NCBI GenBank assembly: GCA_973851085.1
Contig: OZ316775.1
Location: forward strand, 22,196,001 to 22,260,000
From: Ptychomitrium polyphyllum
Taxonomy: Eukaryota
Reading direction: 5' to 3'
DNA: 64,000 nucleotides
Shown: piece after piece, positions 1-22,090 of the stretch
How positions within the stretch are numbered: the stretch's first letter is position 1
Layout of the letters: every line of letters starts with the position of its first letter
The notes under the pieces: model-generated
Seen by the model: only the letters and a program-made list of their open reading frames with translations
The model's database searches: none
Told to the model about the DNA's origin: nothing
Translations under genes and position numbers: made by a program

Positions 1-3000
1 GCTTCATAATTTTTTTAAAGTTTTAAAGAATAATTATTTTATTCTTCTTTCTTCCAACATCATATTGCACTTCACTTGTTTGTTTGTTCCTTTATTTGGG
101 AGTACCTACCAATGGCCTATATATGAGGATTATAAATTAAAATTCATGCATAGATATACGTAGATGACTTTTTAATTTGGTGGCTATCTTTGTATTTTAA
201 AATTGCTTTACTTATATGTCTTTTAATTGCAAACATTTTGGTGGACAACTCATTAAAACATTGTCTTGTTTAATAGTTAGCTCTTGTATTATTAAAATGC
301 ATATATCACTAAAAGTGCAAGTATAAAACTATATAAAATTTTGACCAAGTTATGTTTTCATTATTTTGTTTTAAAAATAGCTTTGTAAAAATGAACGACA
401 TAATGTATTTAATTATATGGGCAAAATTTGAAATTGAAAATCTACAATTTTCACTAAAAACATCCTTTTAAGTTTGATTTTATAATAGATTCATATAAAT
501 GTTTGAAATCAAATTCATTCTAAAACTAAACCTCGTACAAATGACAATGGACCACTATAACAACAAAGGATCTAAGTTTCTATACTTGACTTTGCTTTGG
601 AATCTATTCAATGCTTAGATGACCCCTTCATATTCAACATGAAGAATACATACAATAGATTTGTATTTCTTCAAGAGATTTAATTAATTTGTTCCTATTT
701 TATTTTAAAAAAGAATTCTAAAATTTAATGCAATCAATACAATCTTGTTTTTTCTTGCATTTACATCAATATTACTTTCATTTTCATCTAAAGTATGAAT
801 ACGTGATCTATATTAGGATTATATATTGTAACTTTATGCACTGCAAATATAATTTCAAGTAAATATAAACTTTTTAAAATAAAACCAAAACTACTAAATA
901 GATGGAAAAACTGAGTTCAAATTGATAGAATGAGGCTTTATTATTATTAACTTCATTTCAATAGAATTAGGCTTCAAATTTTGGACATTGTTATTATGAA
1001 TTAATTTTTTTTAGTACTTTGCTTACATCTAAAAGGCCTGGACATGAATCATCCTGTATGCATTTTTGGCACTATGATAAATGGGCCTCTTAAGTGTCTT
1101 TATCGAAATCAAAGCATAGGATTAATTAATATATTAACAATGATTGCATGTGCTTCATAAACACATCTTATTTACTAATAAAGAGTATTGCATGAATTTT
1201 GGAATAATTTCATGGAATTTGTAAACCATTCTTAAGAAAAATCCACAAGCACAAGACCTTGTAGCCTATGGGCTAGGAAGCTACAAGGCTAGCTTTGTGA
1301 TAGTTGTTTATAATTTCTGAAAAATAATGAAGTTATTGTTTTGTAAATAGTTAAAACTAAATATGATAAACAAAAGCTTTTGTAGCACTTTGAATCCAAA
1401 TGGCCTTACACAATTTTGTGCTAGATCACTTGGCTCAAATATTTCCAACATTTAGCAAAGTTTAGCACTTTAAAAGAAGAGCTTGATTATTGTTCGAACC
1501 CTGTTGATCATGGTGAGAATGTTACGTCTAATAACTGTACGACTTCTTGCACAGAAGGCTTGTGGGTAAGTTCAAAAGGTCCTCCCAGAGGCCATGTCAC
1601 AAAGCTATGAGGAAGTCAACCATTCTCCTCTCAGACACACATGATCATGAGATGATTCTCCCAATGCTTCCCTGAATTTGTGGACTCTGCAATAGTGAAT
1701 AATGGTCTTCAAATTCACTTTCGAATTCAAATCCAAACAAATCTAGCACCCACTTTTGTGACTTCTTCTGAAAGACAGCTATATGATCTATTTAGTGCAA
1801 TTATAAAAACAACATTCTTGACGTAGATGAACCTGCACCATCATGAACCCTACTAGAATAGAGCTTCATTCGTCTCCCATTGCTAAATGTGGACACGGTA
1901 TGTCACCAAGATATCTTATTGTACTAGTGCAGGGTCAAGCTGTCTTTCAAAAACTTAAGAATGCAAACTGAAACAAATATTTCATTCTGAAGCATAACTA
2001 TATACATGATAATGGACAAACAAAACTTCACTTATGCCAACTCCTTCGAAGGGACCCAAGTTCTCATTCTTTTAATTTTTTTAATTTTAATTTATTTTAT
2101 CTTTCTGATAGAAACTTAAAACGACAATTGAACTTGGACAAAATTTACTTTGCTTATTTCAAAGGTACATTCCGTGTTTTAATTGGTAATAGCCAAATTT
2201 TGTATAAGCTTGGTCCTAATTCTTTTGGAGGCATGTGCTATACCACACCCACTTAACATTCTTAGCTCATAAGTTTGACAATCTCCTTGATACTAAATTT
2301 CCTTCAAATATTGTATACTTGGATTTTCACTATGCAACTTTTTCCTACAATCATTTTAAAAATTGTTGCAAATAGAAATTGGACATGGAACATGTGTTTG
2401 TATTAATGATGTACAAATGTCTTTATAATTTCATTTGAAATAGGAGTAGCATGCTATATGCCATTGATTCAACCATGGTAGTTACTTTACCATTCAAATG
2501 CATGGTAGATTTTAAATTTGTGTAGTTTGTAATTTTCAATATATTTAATTCAATACTTTGCATTTTATAGTTTCAAAACTTATGGAACCACTCATATGCA
2601 CCTTTTATTGTTGAGAGTGTTTAATGCCAAAATACTTCAATTGGCCTTACATTAAGAAATTTAAGAATTAAAAAAAATATATATTAGGTTAAATTATATA
2701 TTACCACTAACCAGTAAAAAACAAGGAATCTTAAAATAGAAAACACCATGTGCATTACCATTTACCATTAAATTTTGTTAGTGGTGCTTTCAATATGATT
2801 ATGAAATGAAATTTTATACAAATGAGATTATAAAGAGGGTTTCATGGAGAAAAAGATGAATTTACACTAATTTTGAAGGAAAGGAAAAAAGTAGAAATAA
2901 GCTTGGTGCATGGTGGTCATTGAATGGACTTTGAATGATTGTGTATCATTAAGCTGCAATTTGTAATTGTTAATTGGGTGGTTAATGGCTTGGTCTACTT

Positions 3001-6000
3001 TTGCTAAAATAACTCTAGAACCTTACGATTGATTCACAGTTCATCAAAAATAATGTTTTTCTGGTATCAAAATTACTAAAAATCTGTAAAATGTAAAATA
3101 CTCTCAAAAAAGGTATTCCTCGCTACAGAGCTAATGGGCTATTCCATTTTAGATGCTTGAATGGCCCACTTCGCACTCACAGGCCTAAGAATGTTATGCA
3201 CTTTTGCATGAGACACCTCCTACAAATTCCTTTAGTAGCAGATCCTGGTGGTAGGTTGACCTGATTTGAAGGCATGAGTTCTCAATTGCTAAATCCCAAA
3301 GCTGCCCCAGCTGAAAGCAAGGCTACGAGGTTGGTGCCAAAAGAGGATTTGAAGTTTGGGGACCATAGATCCAGCAGTTTGAATATTAAGGTTTAGGATA
3401 ATGTGTTGCATAACATGCATGCATAATGGATATCATGCATAACACTGCAGTCCAACCATGCTACAGTCATTTTACATGGAAGGAAGTCCTCCAATATGTC
3501 ATGTAAAGAGAGAGTTTTCATTGGATTTTGCATGCAATCATTTTCAACACAAGAAGAAAAGTGAGGAATTGGTAATGATGACTTGTATACATTTGAGGTT
3601 TGGATTTGGATATTTATGTGGAAAAAAACGTTGATATGGCAAAAACCCAAATACATTCTGCTCTTTCAGCTTTAAATACCTACAGGTTCTTGTATTTGGA
3701 GAAAAGGGTGGAAGAATTGGAATTCCATTTTTATTTGCAAGAATACTTACAGGAATATTCCTTCATGCAATCTAATCCAGTCCATTTTTGAAAGAATTTT
3801 TCATGTAGGTTTCGAAGTTTTTGCTTACTCATAAATAAAACTACCTTAATTTGTGGTAAGATAATTAGATTGAAGAGTCAGAATTTGCGTAGAGGTTCTC
3901 ATTTAGTGCAGTTAGCCAACATCGTACATGGTATTGTGAAACACTGATATGCACCATGTAAGACACAAATTCCTACAGAAATTCTTAAGACTCATCCCTT
4001 GATGATGCTCTGCTGAAATCATCAATGCTACAGAAAGTGTTGGTGTGGAAATTTAAAACAATGTGACCAAATATCCTGCAGGCTTCCACCCCAAATTTCC
4101 AAGCACAACCCTCTTGCCTTCTATCCTGAGGACCCACTTGAATAATAGTGATGATGTTTGGATATCACAGGCGCAATGTTTCCAGATCAGAGGGTAAAGG
4201 AGTGTTTGACTAAGTACAGGCATCTGCAGAGATCACTCCAGAATACCATTTTCATTGTGTATTGTACTCACTTCTGTACAGATAGGCTATGGTGTAATCT
4301 AAACTGCTGCCAGAGCTTGAACTCTATGAACTCTAAAGATAGGTGCTGCTACCTGTTACAAGGAAATCTTTACGCCACATCTTGAACCCAAGGGCCAAGG
4401 TAGAAGCATTTTTTTATGCTTCAGAGCAGCATTTCCATGCCAGGATATAAGTATTCCTTTATAATCCAACTTCATATGGAGGGTTTGTTGGCCCAAAGTC
4501 CCTTTCCTGCTCTACCAGTGCTCTGCAGGCCTCTAAGTCAGTCACACTGATGCACAGGACGCAGGGGCTATGAAATATAGCAAACCACATTGGTATCTTG
4601 GCCAACGATGAAGGCTCATTGAATGCCAAGTAGAGTGGCCTCCCAAAACATTTCAAATCTCTTCTAAGATAGGCACCATGAACTTTTAGAACAACAAACT
4701 TTTAGAAGCTCCTCTGTGCTCAAAATAGCATCCAATAACAAATTGTAAAGTTCATTGAAGAGATGATAGAGTTTAGTTTCATGCTACAATGATTTTTCTT
4801 ATAGCATTCACAGTTTTCAAAAGTAACGAAGTTTACTACCTTAGTTTTGGCTAAAAGTCCTACCTGCACTAATTAGCATAAAAATAAAATAAGTTTTATT
4901 GAAGGTGAATATTCATTTTGTATAGATAGTTATTGCCTTAAGTAAAATGTTAGTATGGGTGGGACAATCAGCCCAATGTGGTGTAACAAACCAATTCAAA
5001 ACTTCATATTGTTACATTTTAATCTATAAAATCCAGTAATTTATGATTTGTGTTTAGTCAATTTTAAAGAACATTTACATACTTTTAATTAAAGTTTTTA
5101 AATTTTTATTATCCAAAGATAAACCTGAAAGCATCAACATTAATAAAATAATAGTTTTCATTTAAGAAAAAATATATCAATATATATATTTTTTTAATCA
5201 AAATATTTGTATGGATAATGCACCTTGTATATTATAACATATTCAAATTTGGTTTAATGTGTCTAAATTTATCCTTTTAGATTGCTATTAATGTATAAAG
5301 AGTAGTTTTGAAATGTCTTTGGATGTCATTGCATGATATTCTTTTTTCATCCTTTTTGGCATCAAGTTCACAAGCCAAAATAGACTTCTATTTCCATCCC
5401 TTTAATTACATTTAAAATATGTTTAAATGTCAACTATACAAACTGATTAAAAAATCCTCATAACTTCTTAATGTAGAATGGATAATTTTACCAACTATGA
5501 TTGAAAATGAAATCAATTTAGATTCAACAATTTAAGCATATGTCTATTGTATGCATAATATAGAAAAGTTTTCACAACCATGTTCTTCATCGGGGATCTA
5601 TTAATGATAATTGATGACTTGATAATAATTAAAAATGACCTTCTACTAAACATACCTTATGGAGTTTTCTTTATATTGGAAATTTCTCCAAATTTGAGCA
5701 TTTTGGCAATTGGTGTTTCTTTGATGTTTTCCTATAAAGTCCAAAAGACAAATGTAATTGATGAAGTTGGAAAAAAAAGAACTTTGATAATTTTTAAAAG
5801 AAAATTTTCTATTTCAATTATTACATAAAATTCCTATAATTATATCCACTTAAAAAATATTGTCTTTCAACAAAAAATATTCATTATATAAAAATATAGG
5901 AATAGATAATGAAAAAATAAAGAAATAAGTTAATAGGAGAAAATAAATGTACAATAATAATTTCTAAGTCATGAGTTCTATTATTGGATTGATAGAAATA

Positions 6001-7100
6001 TGCATCATATTTATTTGACCAAAGTTCAAATCCTAGTAAGATCATCGAAGCAATATTGATTTAAAAAAGGAATATGTACGTTATACCAACCAATATGCTT
6101 ATAAGCTCAATTATACTTCTTTAAATATTAAGATTTATAACAGTGGTTGTCATTGCTATAAATAACTATAAATTTGCATCATTAAAAAACTTTTAATGAA
6201 ATTTTAAGTGATTTGTCGCGGATCATATTAATTTGGTAGTGGTTGATTGTTTTAGATTTTTATTAATGAAAATTATTGCTATAATATGTAAATTCTATAA
6301 ATTAGATTTTAAGGTTTGGATATAAATGGTCTAGAGGTGAATTTTTATATAATAAACCTTAAACATATAGAGTGTTTAATTTGAAATACATATTATATTG
6401 ACATCTTTATATTGTTGCACATCTATATTAATAGGCAGGAAAGGACTTCATTTTAAGAATGATTGTTATTAAATATATAATTATTCACAAGTATGTGGCA
6501 TGCAAATTTGTTTGATGATATGTTTGTCTAATGTCTATTTTATTATAAATTAATTAAAAACATACATTCATTTGTGACTTGCTAATATTGTAGAAGTCTC
6601 ATGCAATGAATTCTAAGTTCTTTTGTGTGTTATATTTAATAAAATGTCATTGGAGATATCTAGTAAGGTCTTTGCAAGGAATTTCTTCCATTGAGTGCCA
6701 ATCTTTGTGAAGGTAGTACAGTGTAGAATGTGCATTTTCATATGGGAGTAGAGACCTAATATAACCTTATGTACTACCTTCTCTGCAAAATTATGTTGGC
6801 ATGAGCATGGACTTTGAATACAGTGGATGTGTTTGTACTTTTAGGATGTTAACCATCAATGCTAAAACTGTTTATCTGGGTGATTATTATGGAGAGACAT
6901 GCAGTTGAGGTTAACTGTAAAGATGCGTACTATGTGCTGGTTCATTTGGAAAACCCTTGGTTAATACATGGAGAATATGGTGTGGTGCCATTAATTCAGC
7001 ACAGAGAATGTTTTGTAATCCTGGCAATCTTTCAGCAATGTTAATGTTATTGATAAGGTTAGAGATAACATATCCAGCTCTTTCACAACAATTATCTGAT
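1..7100. other. AT-rich intergenic region, probably decayed repeat/TE-derived DNA, with a few less AT-rich patches (about 1480-1950, 3130-4700, 6650-7300)
   Basis: Long A/T runs. No recognisable protein in the frames I translated by eye. No terminal repeats identified, so TE origin is inference only. Confidence 0.35.
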
Positions 7101-7743
7101 TCTTTTGGAGGACAAAGGTCCATCTAGTTGAATTCTGGTGGGAATTTAAGTGGTAGTTGAAGTTGGACAGACACTGTCATACAACAGTTTGTCTGGCACT
7201 GGGTCATTTCTTGCTGGTTGAAAAATAACTATTACATATGCTGTTTGCACCATAACATGATATGAAAGGTTTAGCTTGTGGAAAGTCGTTTCAGTAATCA
7301 GCACTTCCCTTGGCAGTTGTACTCTAAATGGCAGTGATAATAAAGCTACCACGTATGTCAAAAAATTACAAGAAAACGGAAACACAAAAGAGGTTCAGCT
7401 TAGTTACAAATGCAATCTTTGGGCATCTACAGTCGAGGGGCTTGCCCACCTCAGTAATGCATAAAACAACGAATCAACTTGGTCTATCGTCTAAATACAG
7501 TGCTCTCATATTTTTGGCACAAAGATGTCTACATTCGCCACAAACAAGAGGTTGCAGTGAATGCTTTGTACCTAGAAATGTTTGCCTGTACAAATTACAT
7601 TTCACATGTGTAGTAGAAATGAGACTAGAATCACACATCGCTGTTTCATTTCTCTACACTAAGATCAAGCTACTGCGAACTCTAAACGGATTGCTAGGGT
7701 TGTCAGTTTTAATTGCGGTTGAAAAGTTCGTACCCATCGTAGT

Positions 7744-10019
7744 TTAGTCCCCAGTAAGTGCACAGGGTTGGTGTTGGATGATCGCTAAAGCCATGCCTTG
7801 TTGCTGCACAGCACGCACGAAGGACATATTAGCTGTCACTGTAGGTGCTTGCAGGAAGTCGCCGCTGCCAAACACAAGCTTATGGCGAGGCTTGATTTTT
7901 CCGGTTTCAGGCAGTCCATCCACCCGAGTAGAAGGCGCATTTGGCACCACCCTGCTTGAGTCAAAATGGGTAAGCTTAGACAGTCGTTTCCAATGTAGCA
8001 TTTGGGAAAAAAACACACCGAGCTAAATAATTCACTAAATTAGTAGTGTAGATCAGAGCAAATCCTACATTCCGCACGAATTGAAATTACATGCATTGTT
8101 CAAGTATAGCAAATATGGCAACCACCCAAAATTTGACTACCATATATTCTAACAATCTAAAGTATTTCTGAATCCATGTTACCAATACATTACAGTAACA
8201 GATATGAAGTGCAGTATACAAAAAACATTTGCTTACTTGAGTTGGCTCAGGAGTAGTTGTGCTCGCTGCTTTTCACGAGGTCCTCCATTTGTGAGGGTGA
8301 TGGAGGTGAATTCATCGTATACATACTCGCAGATCACAGCTAGCTTGTCGATTAACATTTTTTCAAATTGAGGCAAAAAGGGTTCATCTAGTTCTACTAG
8401 TGCCTGTTATAGCAAGCAAGCAAAGAAGGTTAGCTTCGTGCTACATACTGCTAGCGATGAAGGATGCATAACAGTAAAGCATCATAGAACAGAGTTAAAG
8501 AATCATAATTACACCTGCTCGTGCAAAAACTTGGCCATTAGTGGAAACCGCTTCTTCCTTTCCTCTGAAGACATTTTTAGCAACTGCTTGGCACCGCCAT
8601 TGGTTAGCCCTGACACAATGGCAACCAAAGCAGTTGTATCCAAATTGAGAATCTTGCGTTCTTGTTGGAGTTTATCAAAATCTTCATGTTTTGCTTGAAG
8701 TCTCTCGATGACTGCCCAACATGAAGATGAACCAACAATAGAGGATAAATCTTGGTCATTCTCTCGTTGAAAACTGCCTGCTGCAAGTACGCGTGTTGAC
8801 ATAAGATTCTCTATACTCTTGGTGTCACGTATTTGAGTTGCAGGTGTAACCCGAATCCAATAGCTCGTCCAACGTTTGATGTTGCTTGATGGCAGGTGAA
8901 TGTTCACCCATTCTCCATCTTCAACCTCCTGAAAGTCGCAGTTGGAGTTTGACAATAGCTCTTCTTCTAAACCACTCTGAGACATTTTGGTAGCCTGAAA
9001 TTTCTCTCGGAATTGTTGCTCTATCCTGCTCTCAAATCCATCACGCACAAGCATCACAATTGCTGATGGTTGTGCCGCTGAGATCAAAGATGCAGCGTGC
9101 AATAACGAAGACATGCGTGTATGAAGACCTTTTCTCTTCTTCTTGTCAAACCATAGCCTGTTTTGCGCCCTGCTGTTTATCACAACTACCCAAACAGCTT
9201 CTCCAAGGAGAGTACAGATCAGGTCAACATGAACCACAGTCCTCACAGCATCATCAACTCCCAAAGTGAATGAGCTCACAGGCGATACTTTATCCTTCTC
9301 GTCTTCCACCCCAGACTCCTCCAACGTCACACACGGCCTTGAAGAGAATGCCTGGAAAGATTTCAACGCAGCAGTAGCACCAGTAACTCGCCAGCACTGA
9401 TTTTGAAGAACAAACACAATTCCTTCCAAATGTCCAAAATTTGAGCTGCATTCAGAACAAGTCTGTTTAATTAAATACCTAAATCATTCAAAGAAGGACA
9501 TAAGAATTTTCAATATCATACGCCACCACCGATCAAACCTGAATGATCACAGCTAGCTCACAACCAGTAAGAACAAGCACTAGCTTTCATCAATTCACCT
9601 AACATAGACACCCATTATAACTGCAAAGCAGCATGACCTGCGACCTTACAAAAGCCAAACCCAACAGACCCTACCAACACCATTCACCTCCGTTCGTTCA
9701 ATAAACCCATCCTCTTGTCAGTTGTCACATATCTTCCAAATCTGGACGCCACGCTATAACAAAATCAAAGGAAAATGACCACAAAAAGAGGAGGAACTTA
9801 AAAGTGCACCCACCTGCTAAGATGCGCGTCGGCGATAGCAGTGCTGTCCTGAGCAGCCAACCGATCCACAAAGTTGCGCTCAGCCTGCACGGCCTTGAGC
9901 AAACGCGCCCGGCAATCCGCCGTGAGAACGTGCGAAGGCAGCCTGCTCAAAGTGGTCCACAAAGCAGCTCCCGTGCGCTGAAGCTTCTGGAGCGCCTTGA
10001 CAGCACCGGCATCCGCCAT
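7744..10019 (-). CDS. DUF1308 / C7orf25 (UPF0415)-family protein, 4 coding exons, about 503 aa
   Basis: Exons 10019-9814, 9445-8515, 8403-8237, 7951-7744, all GT-AG, total 1512 nt in frame. Family-like motifs SSNFGHLEGI, VHVDLIC..VW, LNLDTTALVAIVSGLTNGG, ICEYVYDEF..GGPREKQRA, VVPNAPS, VFGSGD..TVTANMSFVRAV.QQG, HQPCALTG-stop. Confidence 0.88.
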
Positions 10020-10579
10020 AGCCACCGCCTTCTTCACTCTAAAACAGAGTACGTGAAATGCAAAACGCAACAAAGAGCTGCGTTTGGGTACCTTCGACCC
10101 ACAACAGATTTCAAAACTCTACATCTTTTGAATCCTCTCGACAAGAAAAATCCCGAAACTGGTGATGCCTTGGAGGAAAAAACTTCCAACCGCAAACTAA
10201 ACCCTAATTTCGATGGTCACTCAAACTCTCTCTGCACGTCTTCAATCGCACTCGGTTACTCCTCGAATCCACAGATTCTCGCCGCAAATCCGACACCAGA
10301 CAAGAAAGAAACGCAGAACACAAAACCTGATTGCTGCAAACATGCCACAGCTGCAGCGTCGACGTCCTCTAATGCAGCTCACAATTCCGTCGCAAGTGAT
10401 GTTCTCTCGACTTGTTGCTCCTCAAGTCTCCTCGAAAGGTGGTGCATCTCCTCATGAAAGTGGGTCCACAACTCCAACAAGACTGCACCAAACCCCTCTG
10501 TGTCCTCCATGAACTCAAAACTTACCAACCATCAAATTTAAGAGAAGCGAGGTAGCTCTTACGTATGGATGTGAAAACC

Positions 10580-11743
10580 GAGCCTTCTGATCACCGTGGA
10601 GGGATTTCGGAGCCTCCTGTTACCGTGCAGGGTTTTGTGGGAGGTTCCAACTACCTGAGAATTGAGTTGCAGAGGAGGATCTCACCGTCTCTTCGCAAGT
10701 GATTGCCTTCACGTGCTGCTCCACAGAGTCGAGTCTCCTCGATCTCCATCCACCGGTCTCCTGAGCTCATGTGTTATGAAGTGAGTCAATGCCGAATCTC
10801 AGCTTTTATTACCAGGTGACAGACATGGTTCATGAAGACATGTCTGCTTGTCAAGCAAAGACGGCAACAAAGACGGTGGAAAGAGGTTCGTAGACATGGG
10901 ATTCCAGAAGCAGAGAATCGTTCACAGTTGATCTTGAGTTACAAGTGTCGGAATGCTTGACTCACTATCGACCGTAAGAGTTCCTAGAGTACGTCGTGAC
11001 TGGGCACTCAATCGAACATCAACTGTCGCAGATCACGTTTCCACATGTTCCTAAGAAAGGCTCAACAGCAGTATTCTATGTCGAAGGTAAGATTGTCACA
11101 AACGACGCTGAAATGCTGACTTAGTATATTTCCACTCGAATTTGCAAACTAGTTCTATTCACTATCTTTGCCTTAGAAGGAAACAATTATTCTTTCTCCA
11201 CTTGGGAAACTTATATATTTGAGTACATTACACCTTGGAAGAAACAGCTTCAATCAAAGATTTCTACAGGGACTTGGAAACTTGACTTCATTTAATGTAG
11301 TTGATTTATCAGATATCAACATAAATGACACCGTTCTTCCAACTTAGAAACCTTGCAAATTTGATCAAGTTAAACTTTCATACCAACAATCTTGTGGTAG
11401 AATTCCAGATGAACTTATAAAATTTGGCTGCACTTACATCCCTTGACTCGTCACAAAATAATCTACATAACAACATACCGCCATCATTTGGATACCAAAC
11501 TAATTAACGTCGGAGAAGCTTCACTACACAAATCAAATACAATCCTCTTAATCTTTTATATGGTAAACATTTTGAAGAAAACTTTCACTAAAATAAAACT
11601 TCTTAAATGGAGTTGGCAGTCCAAAATGGACACCCTAGCCCAAAATGGGCACCGAAGGGGTAGTGAAACTTGCACTGCCTCTGGAATTAGGACGAGGCCT
11701 GTCACTGCGCAAGGGTGGAGGAGCCTCCCGTGACCGTGGAGGG
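10580..11743 (+). repeat. Dispersed ~23-nt motif GAGCCTYCYGWT(C)ACCGTGSAGGG in the DUF1308-RecQ divergent intergenic region
   Basis: Copies at 10580-10603 (gagccttctgatcaccgtggaggg), 10610-10632 (gagcctcctgttaccgtgcaggg) and 11721-11743 (gagcctcccgtgaccgtggaggg), plus a degenerate copy at about 11694-11715. Confidence 0.6.
11126..11448 (+). pseudogene. Decayed fragment of plant-specific extracellular LRRs (LRR-RLK/RLP-like)
   Basis: Translated across frameshifts and stops: IFPLEFAN*..ALEGNNY / LGKLIYLSTLHLGRNSFNQRFLQGLGNLTSFNVVDLSDININDTVLPT* / LRNLANLIKLNFHTNNL / GRIPDEL / NLAALTSLD. This fits the LxxLxxLxLxxNxLxGxIPxxLG consensus. Confidence 0.75.
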
Positions 11744-12345
11744 CAATGCAACGAGATTGCTCCAGTGTGTGGCAGAGGACAGATGTGACGTGTGCTCAAG
11801 TCGCGGTCATGTCGTTGGAGAATCCAGGTTTCACATCTCGTTGCAAAACTCGGAGTTTGAGTTCTCGAGTCTCGTCAACGAAAGCAGCAGACACCAGCTT
11901 TGGGAAAAGCCGTAGATTGGATTGCTTGCCTGGACGTGAAGCTGGGATTTTCATGAGGTATGATGGTCGGTCTATTGAGTTTGGTTTCACTGGGAGTATG
12001 AGAGTCTTCATCGAGCTCATGGGAACCTCTCTTTGGAGATTCTGAGGAGGATCGAGGAAGCAACCAGGACTGTAGTTCAGTGGAGATTGCGGTACTGTGA
12101 GGACAGTTCTCACCGTGGGTTCGAGGTTGAGGGTCTGGTAGTTTCGGGTATAGTCTGGGCTCGGTTGTTGTTACAAGAATTGGGAAGTTTGCAACTCTGG
12201 TGCTCTCTGTTGATGTGGTCGTGGTCGTTTGAAGCTCAGTGGATGCGTTTTCTTGATGATGAGGATGATGGTGCAGAGGAGAAAGATTGTAATGCTGGTC
12301 ATTTGAGCTGGCTTTGGTGTTGTAAGTTCATTGACGACCTCAGCT

Positions 12346-19658
<7,313 letters not shown>

Positions 19659-22090
19659 AGCTGGAATTTTGGGGATGCTGAAGAATTTGCAAGAAAAATT
19701 CCTCTCATATACAGCAAGAACAATGAGTATAAAGCGATGTAAACACAACCCTTTCACCTTGGGTATTCGCCTCAGGTATGGTGGAGATAACTTGCTTGCT
19801 TAAGACATTATTTCGGATGTTGGCCTCACTTGTGAATTTCTGAAATTAATCCACCTCCACCTAGCGCGAAGCTACTTGGGTTTTGATGGGGATCTTGCAC
19901 AAGGGGCGGTTGAGATGAACCGTGATAAGTCATTCTGGCTCAAATGCACCAGAAAAGCTGGTTGGACACGGTTTCCCTCACCTACTGAATCAACTGTGAA
20001 AGGACATCTCAGTCAATTGTGAAGGATGTTAGGCAATAACATGGCAAGATGTTTTCACCTATGGTGGAAGTTTTTTGCACTCTGCAGATCAGGATTTAAG
20101 AAACTACAATTCACTAGTGGTGAAGACGTCTTCACAACTGAGTATCAAAAATTTTGGGGAGTATTTAGAGATGTTGATTTTAGGTCAGTAGTGCAGTCTG
20201 CCGTCAATTACGTAAAGTACTTTTCTTTTGAAGTGGATCTCTTGCCACTTGCCATTCCTAGACGAATAGTTACTAGTTCCCTGAAGCAGCTTAGTTTTAC
20301 TTAAACTGGTATTCATATCTGCGCAACACCGTTCCTGTTTCTTCAGCATATTTTGAAGTCAGTAATCGAAGAAGGAAATCAACCGTACCTAAAGTACCAA
20401 CCTTTTATCCTCTTTAAAGTTCTAGCTGATACTGCAGCTTTCTAATGGCAACTCGACTTCAGCTTCAGAGCAAGTAAACCACGTTTCCCATTCTCAAGTT
20501 AACCATCAGATTTACGTTATGTCAAGCACATTCTGTGTCATATTCGGCAAGCCAGTCACTGCTGATTGAACGCCACGGTCAAAATGATCTTTACTTAGCG
20601 AGTAGCAGTATCTTTGCCATTGGTCCTGGAATCAAATATCTGGCAGTTGAGTGAAGCAGATGAGACATGGGATGAATCTTGCGTCACTAGGTGAAGCAAG
20701 CAATCTCAGCATTAGTTGCAAAACACTTTGTTGGTGTTGCTTCTCATGGAAATCAGAGCTACGACAGGACAGTAAGGAGTTAACATAAAACTCTAGTGGA
20801 GCAGTAGCTAAAGTATGGCCGACTGTGACTTGGACAAAGCTAAAATAGTTATGATGACCATGCTTGGGGCCTGTTGGAGGCTGAAATCTCCAACACACTT
20901 TGTTGGAGATTGTTCAAGTAAAAGGAAGAAGTCAGATTATTGTAGCATAAAGTATAGGTCCACCTTCAGAACTGGACCAGTATCCCAACATAGGCATATC
21001 CTAGTTCTTAGAATCTAAGAGAACATTCCTGAATTAGGTTTGCTTCGTGCTGCAGTTCATTGTCATCTTTGAGACTCATGCCGGGGCCACACTCGCTCAG
21101 CCTGTCCGTTCAAACTGCCAGCCCATATTACAAAAACGTATGAAACATTGAATGATACAAAACTTTCGATATGGGACCTTGTGTTAATATGATAATTAAT
21201 ATTGTTGTTAAAAAAAAAAACCACTAGCCTTACTTTGAGAACCATGTCTTCTTGCTTGTTGCGTTTTTTTTCTTCTAAGATTTGTTGGATTTGTTGTAGA
21301 ATAGCATGAAACTCATTACAAAAAGTTTCACATTATTTTTGATACTTCACTTGCAAGATAAGGTATTGTGTTGTAAATTTTTGCATCATTTTTGTTCATC
21401 AAATGTTTTAATTACATCATTAGTCTAATGGACTACAAAGAAATTATAAATGAAGTGTGCAATTAAGTCTACTTCAAGATTGTAAGGTTACAATGTATAA
21501 TTAAATCAAAGATATATTCTTAAACAAGAATTTTTTTGGTTTTGAATATATTCCAAGTGTTAAATAATTGGTTGCTTTGTGCAATTACACTCCAAGTGAA
21601 TAAGAAATTATGTTCATATAACTAAGATATCACTAAGATTTCATATAAAAAGAAAAAGATATTATTTATGGAAATAATTTCATCAGATATAAGTAAAATC
21701 TTCTTCTTGTAGGAATGTTAAGAAGTTCTAGTGACATAAAATGTTGAATTGTTGGCATGCATATGATGTAAAAGTCTTACAAATAAAAATCACACTTGCA
21801 TAGCAAATGTATTATTAACTAATTTTATTAGATAAAAAAAATTGGAGACTTTTTTTGAAATTTTTTTGAGAAAAGATTGGAATTCAGAGAATATTATTTC
21901 AATAATCTTTATCCTTAAAAGGCTTTTAAATAATAGTTGCAAAAGCAACAAGTCTTTCAAATGAATACATTAGGTTGCATCTTGAATTGTAACAAACTTT
22001 AAATGTGTGTGCTCTAAGAAGAACACCTTGTACACTTGTAAATTGTTGTATACACCACCAAAGAAGTGCAAACATATAAAGTTTGCCAAA

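Noticed and set aside
3130..4750. Less AT-rich patch that looked like a decayed minus-strand ORF
   Set aside because: In the frame examined most closely, stops occur at about random frequency (roughly 11 in 200 codons), and no family motif was recognisable.
9804..10512. 217-aa and 99-aa + strand ORFs
   Set aside because: Antisense to DUF1308 exon 1 and its upstream region; no recognisable domain.
20885..20911. Perfect 11-bp stem, 5-nt loop hairpin (aatctccaaca/tgttggagatt)
   Set aside because: Short and isolated, with no adjacent Helitron-type CTRR end or other supporting context.
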